Source: Bacteroidales bacterium UBA1794 (GTDB lineage: Bacteria; Bacteroidota; Bacteroidia; Bacteroidales; Bacteroidaceae). Taken from it: a stretch of 64,000 nucleotides of DNA. A program made the translations under genes and the position numbers. This document shows positions 48,459-58,949 of this stretch, piece by piece (positions within the stretch are counted from its first letter, which is position 1; each line of letters opens with the position of its first letter). The stretch covers positions 50,347 through 114,346 of the forward strand of contig DCFW01000005.1 of NCBI GenBank assembly GCA_002315435.1, in the 5' to 3' direction. A model generated the notes under the pieces. That model had not been told where the DNA came from. It did no database searches and saw only the letters and a list, made by a program, of their open reading frames with translations.

Positions 48459-49376
48459 CTATTCTTCAATTTCACCCTTTTTCCCTAAGTTGCGATATTC
48501 TCCAGGAGACATTCCCGTGCGCTTTTTGAATAAAGTATAAAAGTGTTCTGATGCATTATATCTTAGTTTGAAGGCTATTTCTTTGATTGAAAGTGTCGTT
48601 TCCATCAGCATTTGTTTAGCGGCATTAATACGCAGTTCTTGTAGATACTTTGCAGGTGCATATCCCGTGTACTCCTTAAAAGTTTTTCTGAACCACGAAT
48701 AACTTATGTTTAGTTTGATCGCAATTTCTTCAGGATTGCAGTCTTGATAGATAGATTCGCGCATGATGATCTTTGCTTGCTCAATCTTTTCTCCACTGTC
48801 ATCCATACTAAAATATCTATTTTTGGATATTGCCAATGATTTTCCTAATATATGCATAACGATACCTCCTAACTGCTGTTGAGCTCCGACTTTGCTTTCA
48901 CGAGCTATTTGCAGTGCATCAGTGTATAAAGAAACTAAATCTTCGTTAAGTCCTATTTCTAATACAGGGTTGGTTGGTGATATGAATCCGCACTTGGCGA
49001 TGTTGTCAATAATGCTACCATTGAAGCCTATGTAATATTCGTCCCATCCATTTTCTAAAAGCGGATGGTATGAATGCCATGTTTCAGGAAATACAAGCAT
49101 TAATTTCCCCTTACAAACCTGATGTGCCTGTTTAAGGTAATCAACATAGATACCTTTTCCTTTGGTAATATAAATAAGTTGATATTCATGCAAAATGCGT
49201 CCTTCCGTCACATTAAAGAAATATTCTTTCGGATGTTCATGTATCGGGTATATATCGCCAGGCTTCACCGATTGATACCCAACGGCATTAACATAAAGTC
49301 CATATTGTTCATCCTGCTCACTTACGATCAGGTATTTACAATTGTTACTGTTTGAGCGAGTAGCATTATTTGTCAT
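48459..49376 (-). CDS. AraC-family transcriptional regulator (cupin-like N-terminal domain plus a double HTH)
   Basis: 305 aa from ATG 49376. The N-terminal cupin-like segment is YPIHEHPKEYFFNVTEGRIL. The C-terminal AraC HTH pair is EEIAIKLNISYSWFRKTFKEYTG and IKEIAFKLRYNASEHFYTLFKKRTGMSPGEYR. The track start at 49451 adds 25 residues. Confidence 0.85.
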   Translation of the reverse strand: MTNNATRSNSNNCKYLIVSEQDEQYGLYVNAVGYQSVKPGDIYPIHEHPKEYFFNVTEGRILHEYQLIYITKGKGIYVDYLKQAHQVCKGKLMLVFPETWHSYHPLLENGWDEYYIGFNGSIIDNIAKCGFISPTNPVLEIGLNEDLVSLYTDALQIARESKVGAQQQLGGIVMHILGKSLAISKNRYFSMDDSGEKIEQAKIIMRESIYQDCNPEEIAIKLNISYSWFRKTFKEYTGYAPAKYLQELRINAAKQMLMETTLSIKEIAFKLRYNASEHFYTLFKKRTGMSPGEYRNLGKKGEIEE

Positions 49377-49491
49377 GGCATCAGTTATTTGGTACAATAA
49401 TACTTCTTTTTTCTTGAATATGCAACTTAATTTATTGTCTAATGTTTTCAAAAATAAAGTGTTGTATTCATTTATTCGTATTGTTCAGTAC

Positions 49492-49543
49492 TATTTTACA
49501 TATTATAATAGATTTTCCATGTTAATGTATGATTTTACATATT
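49492..49543 (+). promoter_or_regulatory. Three direct repeats (T/G)ATTTT(A/C)CAT(A/G)TT spaced 19-20 nt apart in the AraC/Sus-locus divergent region
   Basis: TATTTTACATATT at 49492-49504, GATTTTCCATGTT at 49511-49523 and GATTTTACATATT at 49531-49543, read directly. They lie 55-107 nt upstream of the ATG at 49599. Confidence 0.5.
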
Positions 49544-49598
49544 TTTATTATAAAAGGTATTTTATTTTTACCGGCATTATTAACTAATTCTAAGAAGT

Positions 49599-52154
49599 AT
49601 GAAAAACTTGCGTCTCTCTGTAGGCAGTGCTTTTTTGATTTTTCGACATAGATTGGCAGCAAAGATTCCGTTTGCCTCTCTTAGTGGGAAGTCGTTTCTT
49701 TTTAATAGACTTCGATATTCTTTATTTGTACTCACATCACTTTTTTTGATCACGTCTTGCTCAAATGATTTTGATGAATATTTTAAGCGCCCTTCTTGGC
49801 TTGAGGAGCCGGCTTATGATGCTTTGCAGAGCAAAGGCAATTTCACTGACTATCTAAAGTTAGTGAATCGCACACTTTATAGCTCTGTATTGAAAGGATC
49901 CGGAAGCTATACCTTTTTTGCCCCTAATGATGATGCATTTAAAATTTATTTAGCTGGTAAGAGTTTGACCAGTGTAGATCAAATAAGTGATGCGGATGCA
50001 GCAAAAATTGTGGCATATTCACTAGTCTATAATAGTTATTCAAGTGCGCATCTTGGTGATATTGCCGGCACGACATGGACAGAAGGAGGATCTGTTCGAA
50101 AACTTACACCTTATTATAAGGGCATTTATAATGAGGATGTCAGTGGGGTGACTTCGTGGGTGATTGATCCTTATGATCAAGCCGGTGATGCCAGTACAAC
50201 GATAATGCCTTATCGTTATTTGTCTATTTTTACTCCTAAGTATTTCTCGGCAAATGGATTGTCAAGCAGTGATTATGAAACATTCTATAACGGTATGTAT
50301 AATACTCTTGACAATAAAATAAATGTGATGGGTGCTAGTGTATTGAATCAGGAAAATGGTAGCCCGGAGATTGATGTAGAGAATGGAGCCGTTTATGAAG
50401 TTAATCGTGTAAATGCAGATGTTACGAATATTGATGAGAAACTGACGGCAGATTCAAAAGGTAATGAATTTCGTAATATTCTTAATCGTAAATTATCTGA
50501 CGGAACTTATCAGTTTGTTTCTTATGAAGAAAACACTGATAATACAGCGTATTATAAGAAAATATATCCTAGCAGTAATATTTCGCACCTATATTATAAG
50601 TCATACTCTTTGCCATTTAGTTTTAATGTTGAGCGCTCTGCAAATACATCCAATGTTAATGAAAGTGATGCTCAAACATTATTTGTTCCCACCAACACAG
50701 CAGTTGATACATGGAAAGAAAAAATAACGTCTCTTTATGATATCACCGAAAGTGAAATACCTGATATTGCTTGGCAATATTTCCTTCAAGCTCATATGGT
50801 AGATCATTTGGTATGGCCATCGAAATATAAAAGTGAAATCAATGTTAATAGTGAATTCTTAAATGGTGCAGGTTCCAATGGTAATGATCTTTCCAGTGCA
50901 GGAATAGATACCTGCAAGATGGCAAGTAATGGGTTTTATTATAGAATCAATTCTGTTATACCCTGTGGCTATTTTGAAAGCATTTATGGGAAAATGCTAA
51001 TGGACAAGAGTTATTCATACCTTAACTCTATTATTACCAATATTTATTCAACGGATTTAATGACAGATTTCCTCAAGAGTCCGTTAAAAGGTTATACCGA
51101 GGAAAATATGACACTGTTGTTGCCTAGCAATGCTTTAATTGCATCTGATGGTTATACATATGATTCATCAGTGAGTGATGTAGCAAGCCGTTTTACCAAT
51201 TCGTCATTGAAAGGATCTACTAGTGCAATTGAACGTCTGAAAAGAATCATACGTATGGGTATATTTGAACGTGTGAATAACAGTTCAACAAATACATCTA
51301 TTACAGATTTTAGTGCAACTGAAGATGGTTTGGCAGATTATAATGGGTATGCGTATGCAATCGATTATTATGGTGATATGGTTCGCTATAAGAATAATCA
51401 ACTACAATGGGCTGGAAATATTACAGATGGAAGTAAAGTGACGGCAACTAAAGTTGTTGATAAAAGTGGCAATAATCCATACAATAACGGGCAAGTATTT
51501 AAAATTGACGGATTGCCTCAATACTCTTCTCGTAATAATGTCGATAGTGCCGCCGTTGATTTAGGATGGAATGATCAGAACACAAAAGTGTTCATAAGTA
51601 AATATTTGAAGAATAATAGTGAGGTCTCTGTATTTTATAAATATTGGACAGCTTTGAATTCATTAATAGATATTCCTACATCAAAGTATTATACTATTTT
51701 AATCCCAGACAATAACTCTATGAATGCGGCTATTGCAGCTGGTGATATGCCTGCATATAGTAGTTTAGTTCCTTATGCCGGAACACTTAATAGTGTATTG
51801 AGCCCTGCTGCCGTTGCATTTATATATAACCATGTCTTGCAGGGTGGTATTTATCCGGATGATGGTAAAGCTTATATTATTGATAATTTTAAATATTATT
51901 CTACCTATACGGTTAGCTCTATGCAGCCCTATACAGTGAGTAGTGTGACCAATAAATCAAAAGCAACTGTGTATAAAGGCTCTGGAAACGTTTTGACTTT
52001 TAAAGCGAACAATATTACCAACGGTGCCACAGTCCTTGTGAAAGGCGGTGATAGTCCGGTTATAGTAGAAAGAGGTATAGCCAGAAGTAACATCATTGGT
52101 CCGCGTGCTGTTATCCATGAAGTTAACGGCTACTTAAAATACACAGTACAGTAA
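49599..52154 (+). CDS. Multi-FAS1 (fasciclin) domain lipoprotein, 851 aa
   Basis: The lipobox LFLITSC lies about 54 residues from the ATG, so the true start is uncertain. Four fasciclin H1-type motifs are present: YTFFAPNDDAF, TLFVPTNTAV, TLLLPSNAL and TILIPDNNSM. Confidence 0.7.
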   Translation: MKNLRLSVGSAFLIFRHRLAAKIPFASLSGKSFLFNRLRYSLFVLTSLFLITSCSNDFDEYFKRPSWLEEPAYDALQSKGNFTDYLKLVNRTLYSSVLKGSGSYTFFAPNDDAFKIYLAGKSLTSVDQISDADAAKIVAYSLVYNSYSSAHLGDIAGTTWTEGGSVRKLTPYYKGIYNEDVSGVTSWVIDPYDQAGDASTTIMPYRYLSIFTPKYFSANGLSSSDYETFYNGMYNTLDNKINVMGASVLNQENGSPEIDVENGAVYEVNRVNADVTNIDEKLTADSKGNEFRNILNRKLSDGTYQFVSYEENTDNTAYYKKIYPSSNISHLYYKSYSLPFSFNVERSANTSNVNESDAQTLFVPTNTAVDTWKEKITSLYDITESEIPDIAWQYFLQAHMVDHLVWPSKYKSEINVNSEFLNGAGSNGNDLSSAGIDTCKMASNGFYYRINSVIPCGYFESIYGKMLMDKSYSYLNSIITNIYSTDLMTDFLKSPLKGYTEENMTLLLPSNALIASDGYTYDSSVSDVASRFTNSSLKGSTSAIERLKRIIRMGIFERVNNSSTNTSITDFSATEDGLADYNGYAYAIDYYGDMVRYKNNQLQWAGNITDGSKVTATKVVDKSGNNPYNNGQVFKIDGLPQYSSRNNVDSAAVDLGWNDQNTKVFISKYLKNNSEVSVFYKYWTALNSLIDIPTSKYYTILIPDNNSMNAAIAAGDMPAYSSLVPYAGTLNSVLSPAAVAFIYNHVLQGGIYPDDGKAYIIDNFKYYSTYTVSSMQPYTVSSVTNKSKATVYKGSGNVLTFKANNITNGATVLVKGGDSPVIVERGIARSNIIGPRAVIHEVNGYLKYTVQ

Positions 52155-52175
52155 CAAATATAAAATCAATACAGA

Positions 52176-55100
52176 ATGAAAAAGACATTTAATATATGGC
52201 TTATATTGTGTCTGGTTATGATACCCCAATTGCTTTTGGCTCAATCGAAAGTGATGGTAAGAGGTGTGATAACCAGTTCAACGGATGGCTCGACTTTGCC
52301 TGGAGCGAATGTTCAGTTAGTGAATAATGATAATCGTATAATTGCTTTTGCTGTAACGGATCTGGATGGTAATTATTCATTAATGGGTGAAGTAAAGCCG
52401 GGATATCAGTTGGTTCTTAGCTATTCGGGTTATAAAAAGCAATCTGTAAAGATCAAAGATCTTACACAGTTACAAATTGATGTTGTTCTGCAAGAAGATG
52501 TGGTGCAATTGAATGGTGCCATGGTTGTAGCTAAACGTCAAATAAATAATGGCATGATGGATATAGCAGAGCGTGATATGACATCAAGTGCCCAACGCAT
52601 TTCAATGACTGATTTGGAAGATGTAGCCGGTGCTAGTGTTGATGATGCCTTACAGGGACGTATTGCCGGAGCTGATATTGTGGCAAACAGTGGAACTCCC
52701 GGTGCCGGTATGAGCATTCGTATTCGTGGTACCTCTACTATTAATGGTAATGCTCAACCGATGATTGTTGTAGATGGATTCCCTTATGAGACAACAATTT
52801 CTTCAGATTTTGATTTTGCCAATGCTGATGAACAGCAGTATAGCCAAATGCTTAATATAGCTCCGGGTGATATTAAAGAAATTACCGTATTGAAGGATGC
52901 TGCGGCTACAGCTATTTGGGGATCAAAAGCAGCAAATGGAGTGTTGATGATTACTACAAAACGTGGTTCAGCCAGTAAGCCTCGCGTGACCTATTCGTTT
53001 AAAGGAAGTGTTGATAAACAAGGTCGTGGTATTCCTACATTAAGTGGTGATGAATATAAAACATTGGTTCAGGAAGAACTACTAAATTCGGGTATCCCTT
53101 TTGACCCTAATTCTTATCCGGCTTTGGCAAGTGACCCTAATAACTTGTATAACTACTATAATTACGGTGCTAATACAGATTGGTTCAAAGCCGTAACCAA
53201 AACGGGTAATGTACAGGATCACAATATTTCAATAAGTGGAGGTGGCGATAAGGCACAATATCGGGCATCAATCGGCTATTATGATCAATCAGGTACTGTT
53301 ATAGGAACCGACTTTAGTAGAATATCTACACGTCTGAATGTAGATTATAGAGTATCTACAAAGTTAAAATTTCAGGCATCAATGAGTTATACTCACTCTG
53401 TTAATGATCGTTGTTATATTACATATCTAAATGGCAAAAAGGATGTAACGGAAATGGCTTATACTAGAGCACCGAATATGAGTATTTATGAGTATAATGA
53501 GCAAGGTCAATTGACTGATAATTATTTCACTCCCCTTAATTCTTTGCAAGGATATTGGAGCTCTACATCATTAAGCGGAGTCTACAATCCGGTTGCAATG
53601 GCTCGTGAAGGAAAATATAAGCTGACTAGCGAGCGTGTAATTCCCGAGTTATCATTAATATGGACACCGTTGAGTTGGATACGTTATTCATTTGATGTCG
53701 GCTTTGATGTGATGAATGATAAAACAAAAGCATTCCTACCACAAACTGCAACAGGACGCCCTTGGACAGAGTTAAGTGTGAATAAAGCAGATGATACGGA
53801 TTCTGAGGCTTTTATCATGCAAACATTTAATAAATTGATACTGACTCCTAATATAGGTCGCAATCAATCTTTGCAATTATTATTGGGAACTCAAACTTAT
53901 GACAAGAAATCTGCATATTATAAAAGTTCAACATCAAATACTGCTAGTCCTTATTTAACAGACCCATCAGTTGATTCACGTATCATTGAGCAAAGTTAGG
54001 AATATATAGTGGTGATAGTGAAAATAGAATGGTATCGGCTTATACACAATGCCAATATAGTTTGTTGGATAGATATTTGTTCAACTTTACAGGACGCTAT
54101 GATGGAAACTCTCGTTTTGGTAAAGACAACCGTTGGGGATTTTTCCCGTCAGTATCAACTCGTTGGCGTATAAGCGGTGAACCTTTTCTGAAAAAATTAA
54201 CTAGCAAATGGTTAAATGAATTGAGCTTTCGTGCAAGTTGGGGTGTGAATGGTAGTGAACCTTCTACAGATTATGCCTCAGTTAGTACTTATCAATTGTA
54301 TAGTTACAGTTATTTGGGATCAACCGGTATATATCCGAGCAGCTTGGAATTATCAAAATTAAAATGGGAGCGCGGTACACAATTCAATTTGGGATTGAAC
54401 TTCTCCGCTTTTGACAATCGCTTCTCTATTGATGCGGAGCTTTATCGTAAACGTACAAACGACTTATTCTTTAAGAATCTTTCGATACCAAGCACTACCG
54501 GTTTTTCTTCAGTTGCTTATATGAATGTTGGCCGTATGGACAATAATGGATGGGAACTTAGTATAAATATGACTCCTGTAAGACGTAAGGATTTAGTTGT
54601 AAGTTTCAGTATGAATTTGGCTAGAAATGAAAATAAGATTCAGAAGATCTCCAATATGGTTTCTAATGAGAGTGGAAGCTGGAACAGCCGGGGAATGATT
54701 CGTAAATGGGTTGAAGGTCAGCCATTAGGATCTTACTATGGATATAAATCTGAAGGAGTATACTTGAATGATGACCAAACGATAGCTCGAGATGCGAGTG
54801 GAAATAAAATTTATACTTATGATGATTCAGGAACAGCACAAGCTGTTAAAATGAAATTTGGTTATCCAAGTATTGCTTATGAATTCCAACCCGGTGATGC
54901 GAAGTATAAAGATCAAAATCATGATGGCAACATCGATTATCAAGATATTGTATACTTAGGCAATGCCAATCCGTTGTTAACCGGAGGCTTTGGACCTAAC
55001 ATTCGTTATAAGCAGTGGAGTACGAATGCTTATTTCAATTTCCGTTATGGAAATAAAATTTATAATTATGCTAAATGGAATATGGAACGTATGTACGGTT

Positions 55101-55489
55101 TTGATAATCAGAGTAAAGCCACTTTGCGCCGTTGGCACCATTCCTATGGTGATCCGTCAACAGCTCCTAAAAATCTTTTGCCACGTGCATTGTATAGCAA
55201 AGGTTATAATGATATGGGTAGTGATAGATATATAGAGGATGGTTCATTCTTAAGGTGGAAGTCGTTAACTATAAAATATACATTTACTCGTGAACAATTG
55301 AAGCACACATTTATTCAAGATGCCAATATTTATTTGACATTACAGAATTTATATTGTTGGACAAAATACACAGGGCAAGATCCTGAAGTTTCAATAAACA
55401 CATCGCCTAGCAGTGATACGAGTGGATATGATTATGCAACATCTCCTCGTAGCAAGGAGTATACATTAGGTATATCATTAACCTTCTAA
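52176..55489 (+). pseudogene. SusC/RagA-family TonB-dependent outer-membrane transporter, interrupted by a -1 frameshift at 53990-53999
   Basis: ORF 52176-53999 carries the signal peptide, a CarbopepD_reg-like segment (VRGVITSSTDGSTLPGANVQL) and plug motifs (IRIRGTSTINGNAQPMIVVDGFPY; ITVLKDAAATAIWGSKAANGVLMITTKRG). ORF 54029-55489, in a different frame, carries the barrel half (SENRMVSAYTQCQYSLLDRYLFNFTGRYDGNSRF...) and ends in a terminal Phe. Adding one A to the A3 run at 53992-53994 gives a continuous ...IIEQKLGIYSGDSENR... Confidence 0.7.
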
Positions 55490-55504
55490 TAATAGAGATA
55501 CTAT

Positions 55505-57124
55505 ATGAAAAATTTTAAGATATTAATAAGTTTACTATTGTTGGCAATCGTCTCTACTTCATGTGATGGTTGGCTCAATTTAACTCCTACCAGTGGAGTC
55601 GCTCGTAATGAGTATTGGCAAAGTAAAGAAGATGTTGCATCTTTTACGACTGGAATTTATTCGGCATTAGTTGGAGATGATGTTTCATTGAGATTGATAT
55701 TATGGGGTGAAATGAGAGCAGATATGCTTACTTCAGGTACGAAGAATAATTCAAACTTTTCATTGATAAAACAAGGTGAAATTACAAGTTATAATTCATA
55801 CTGTGACTGGGGATCGTTTTATACCGTGATAAATAATTGTAATACGTTGATTAAGTATGCACCTGGTGTACTTGATATTGATAAATCATTCACTCAATCA
55901 GCACTTCAGCTGAATGAGGCTCAAGCAGTTGGTGTTCGTAGTTTGATGTATTTCTATCTTATCCGGAATTTTGGAGATATACCTTATACAACAACAGCAT
56001 ATGTAGATGATTCTCAAGACTTTTCAATTGCGAAAAGTGATAAGGATTCTGTCCTGAATTATACGATTCGCGATATGGAAAGCGTAGTTGAAGAGTTACC
56101 AACATATTACAGTACTAGCAGTGCAGCCAACAATAAAGGTAAATTTACGCGTTATGCAGGTTATGCACTACTTGCAGATATGTATTTGTGGAAAGAGAAT
56201 TATCAAAAGACTGTAGATTATTGTGATAAGATTATCAGTAGTGGTCAATATGCATTAATCCCTGTGGAGAAGGATTCTGTGGATGTTACGGATGATACGA
56301 ATGGAACTACCAAAAGGGCGTCATATGCTACAGATGGCGGAAAAGAAAATTTGTTTAATAAACTCTATGTCACAGGGAATAGCGCAGAAAGCATTTTCGA
56401 ACTACAATTTGGAACAGATAACACGAATCCATTTTATACATGGTTTACGACGGCTCCAAGCAGTTATGCAATCCCCAATACTGATTTTATAAGTGAAAGT
56501 CTATTCTTACCTTCAACATTAAGTAGCACTTGTAAAGATATCAGACAACAAGTTTGCAGTAGTTATAATACAGTATGGAAATATGCAGGTTTGTCTTTGT
56601 CAAGTAAAACGACCAGAACTGAAGCTCAGATGATCGGGAATTTAATAGTTTATCGTTTGGCTGAAGTTTATTTGATGCGTGCTGAAGCAAAAACACAATT
56701 GGCCGCATCTATGTCAGGTGATCAACAACAAAATGAATTAAAAGAAGCTTTGAAGGATGTTGACCTTATTCGTGATCGTGCCAATGCGGTGGATGCTACA
56801 GATATTGATCGTTCAGCTCTATCTGTTTCTACAGTGGAAGAGTTTATTCTTCTGGAAGAAGCCAGAGAATTTGCATTTGAAGGGAAACGTTGGTATGATG
56901 TATTGCGTAATGCTAAACGTAATAATTATGCAAACTTGAAATATTTGGTGAATATGTGTGTGTATAGCACATCCGCTGATAAGGTATATTCGTTGCAATC
57001 AAAATATAGTAACAATTACAATAGTCACTATCTTCCAATATATTATGATGATCTGCAAAGTAACTCTTTATTGAAACAAAACAGTTTCTATGGAGATGGA
57101 ACGACTTCTACAAATAAAAAATAA
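55505..57124 (+). CDS. SusD/RagB-family nutrient-binding outer-membrane lipoprotein
   Basis: 539 aa with lipobox VSTSC. SusD-type segments are LMYFYLIRNFGDIPY and FAFEGKRWYDVLR. It starts 15 nt after the SusC gene. Confidence 0.85.
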   Translation: MKNFKILISLLLLAIVSTSCDGWLNLTPTSGVARNEYWQSKEDVASFTTGIYSALVGDDVSLRLILWGEMRADMLTSGTKNNSNFSLIKQGEITSYNSYCDWGSFYTVINNCNTLIKYAPGVLDIDKSFTQSALQLNEAQAVGVRSLMYFYLIRNFGDIPYTTTAYVDDSQDFSIAKSDKDSVLNYTIRDMESVVEELPTYYSTSSAANNKGKFTRYAGYALLADMYLWKENYQKTVDYCDKIISSGQYALIPVEKDSVDVTDDTNGTTKRASYATDGGKENLFNKLYVTGNSAESIFELQFGTDNTNPFYTWFTTAPSSYAIPNTDFISESLFLPSTLSSTCKDIRQQVCSSYNTVWKYAGLSLSSKTTRTEAQMIGNLIVYRLAEVYLMRAEAKTQLAASMSGDQQQNELKEALKDVDLIRDRANAVDATDIDRSALSVSTVEEFILLEEAREFAFEGKRWYDVLRNAKRNNYANLKYLVNMCVYSTSADKVYSLQSKYSNNYNSHYLPIYYDDLQSNSLLKQNSFYGDGTTSTNKK

Positions 57125-57130
57125 GATACT

Positions 57131-58912
57131 ATGAATAAGAATATATTTAAAAGATGGTCAATCGGTCTTGTTGTTTCGTTAGGACTGTTCACATTGATCT
57201 TAACATCATGTGATTCGTATATGGATGCGGGAGTATATCGTACGAGCACTACTAAAATGATGGATGAGTATATGGCGTCTGATAGCTCTGATCTTGATTT
57301 ATTTCTGGAGATTGTAGACAAAGCCGGATTGCGTGGCATGGTTCATGCTTATGGTACATATACCTGTTTCGCCCCTACAGATGCGGCTGTACAGAGTTAT
57401 TTATCTACGAACAATTTATCGATAAGTACCTTAACGCAGGATCAAGCAGCAAAAATTGTGAAGTTTCATTTCGTTAATGACACAATCCCTACGAGCAATT
57501 TTATTGAAGGGCGTCTGTCGAAAGCCAATATGGAAAATACGTATTTGATCACTCAAACCCAAAATGATAAAAATTCAAGCATATTGGTAAATCGTCAGGG
57601 TACTATTGTAAGTAAGAATATCTCATGTGGTAATGGAATAATACATACAGTAAATACTGTGTTAACACCAGAGTCTCGCAAGGTGTCTCAGGTATTTGCA
57701 AGTTTGGGTAATGATTATAGCATAATGAAGCATATTGCTTCGGAAGTTGAAGCAGCTGGATATTCATTGGATTCTATTTTTGATGGTAATTCCGGTTATC
57801 GCACTCTGCTGATACAAAATAATGATGCATTTAAAGCTGCAGGCTTCAGTATTGACGACCAAAGTGCTTTTGACAATGCTTTTCTGGCAGAGTTGAAAGA
57901 TAATGCAACCACTACTACCATTCCTAATGAGATGCTTCATGATTGGTTATCTTATCATGTGTTGCCTACTCGCTCATATATCACGGATATGATATCAACA
58001 AGTAGCTTAAGCACAACTGTGAATAATCAACCTTTGACGTTTGTTTACAGAAATGACTCTTTGTTAATCAATGAGTTCAAGATAGGTAAACTTAATGAGA
58101 ATGGCATTTTAGTGAATCGCAAGGGTGATTACACTGATTATACTTGCGCGAATGGTGTTATCCAACCCATTGAATCAAATTTGGAAATAAAGCTTCGTAA
58201 ACCTTACAGGGTATATTGGGATATAGCTACTCAGCCGGAAATAGTGGCCAACAGCTTGTATCGTAAATCCGGTACAACACTTACTTATCAATCCGGAGAA
58301 CTCTCAGAATTTACATGGGGAGGAAAGCTTAATCCTGCTGTTACCTATTATTGTGGTGGACTTCCTACAAAGCAGAGCTTTGATTCAAAGGCCCAATATG
58401 TATATGGCGATTATCTAAATTTCCGAATCAGCACAAGCGTTATGCAATGGGCTGAATTAAAGTTGCCGTTATTGATTGCAGGATCCTATAAGGTTTGGGT
58501 TTGCTGGCGCCGTGCAAATGCGATTACTTTTAAAACTATTTATAAAGAAGATGGATATGATAATCAAACTTTGCCAACAGTAGTCGATTTTTCATCCTAT
58601 TGGCCATCTTCACTTGACGATGACCAGGCTTTGGCCCAAGGATGGAAACAATATAATGCTAAGACTCGTATCAATGTGATGAATTGTAGGTTGATGGGTA
58701 CGATAACAGTAAATACGACGGGGCGGCATACATTGCGTTTTGAAGCTCTTGATGCAGGTAAAGGTGCTAATTCTTGGGATATGATTCAGTTCATCCCTGT
58801 TGAAGAAGATCAGGTTTGGCCACGAGTAGATATGAAAGGCAATTACATTTACAGCACTGCGCTGGATTGTCAGATATACCCTGATGACGGTTCTACTTGT
58901 GTGAGCGAATAA
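57131..58912 (+). CDS. FAS1 (fasciclin) domain lipoprotein with a non-FAS1 C-terminal region, 593 aa
   Basis: Lipobox LILTSC. FAS1 H1-type motifs YTCFAPTDAAV and TLLIQNNDAF. The C-terminal ~230 aa, ending ANSWDMIQFIPVEED..., belong to no family I recognise. Confidence 0.7.
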   Translation: MNKNIFKRWSIGLVVSLGLFTLILTSCDSYMDAGVYRTSTTKMMDEYMASDSSDLDLFLEIVDKAGLRGMVHAYGTYTCFAPTDAAVQSYLSTNNLSISTLTQDQAAKIVKFHFVNDTIPTSNFIEGRLSKANMENTYLITQTQNDKNSSILVNRQGTIVSKNISCGNGIIHTVNTVLTPESRKVSQVFASLGNDYSIMKHIASEVEAAGYSLDSIFDGNSGYRTLLIQNNDAFKAAGFSIDDQSAFDNAFLAELKDNATTTTIPNEMLHDWLSYHVLPTRSYITDMISTSSLSTTVNNQPLTFVYRNDSLLINEFKIGKLNENGILVNRKGDYTDYTCANGVIQPIESNLEIKLRKPYRVYWDIATQPEIVANSLYRKSGTTLTYQSGELSEFTWGGKLNPAVTYYCGGLPTKQSFDSKAQYVYGDYLNFRISTSVMQWAELKLPLLIAGSYKVWVCWRRANAITFKTIYKEDGYDNQTLPTVVDFSSYWPSSLDDDQALAQGWKQYNAKTRINVMNCRLMGTITVNTTGRHTLRFEALDAGKGANSWDMIQFIPVEEDQVWPRVDMKGNYIYSTALDCQIYPDDGSTCVSE

Positions 58913-58949
58913 TGAAAGTGCTGTTGAATAATAAATAAAATAAGATATT

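Noticed and set aside
47614-49451. The idea that the tRNA-Val pair marks the integration site of a genomic island carrying the small gene, the AraC gene and the Sus locus.
   Set aside because: No integrase, excisionase or transposase gene is present. I saw no partial tRNA 3'-end direct repeat downstream within the window. The two tRNA copies are full-length and adjacent, with nothing inserted between them.
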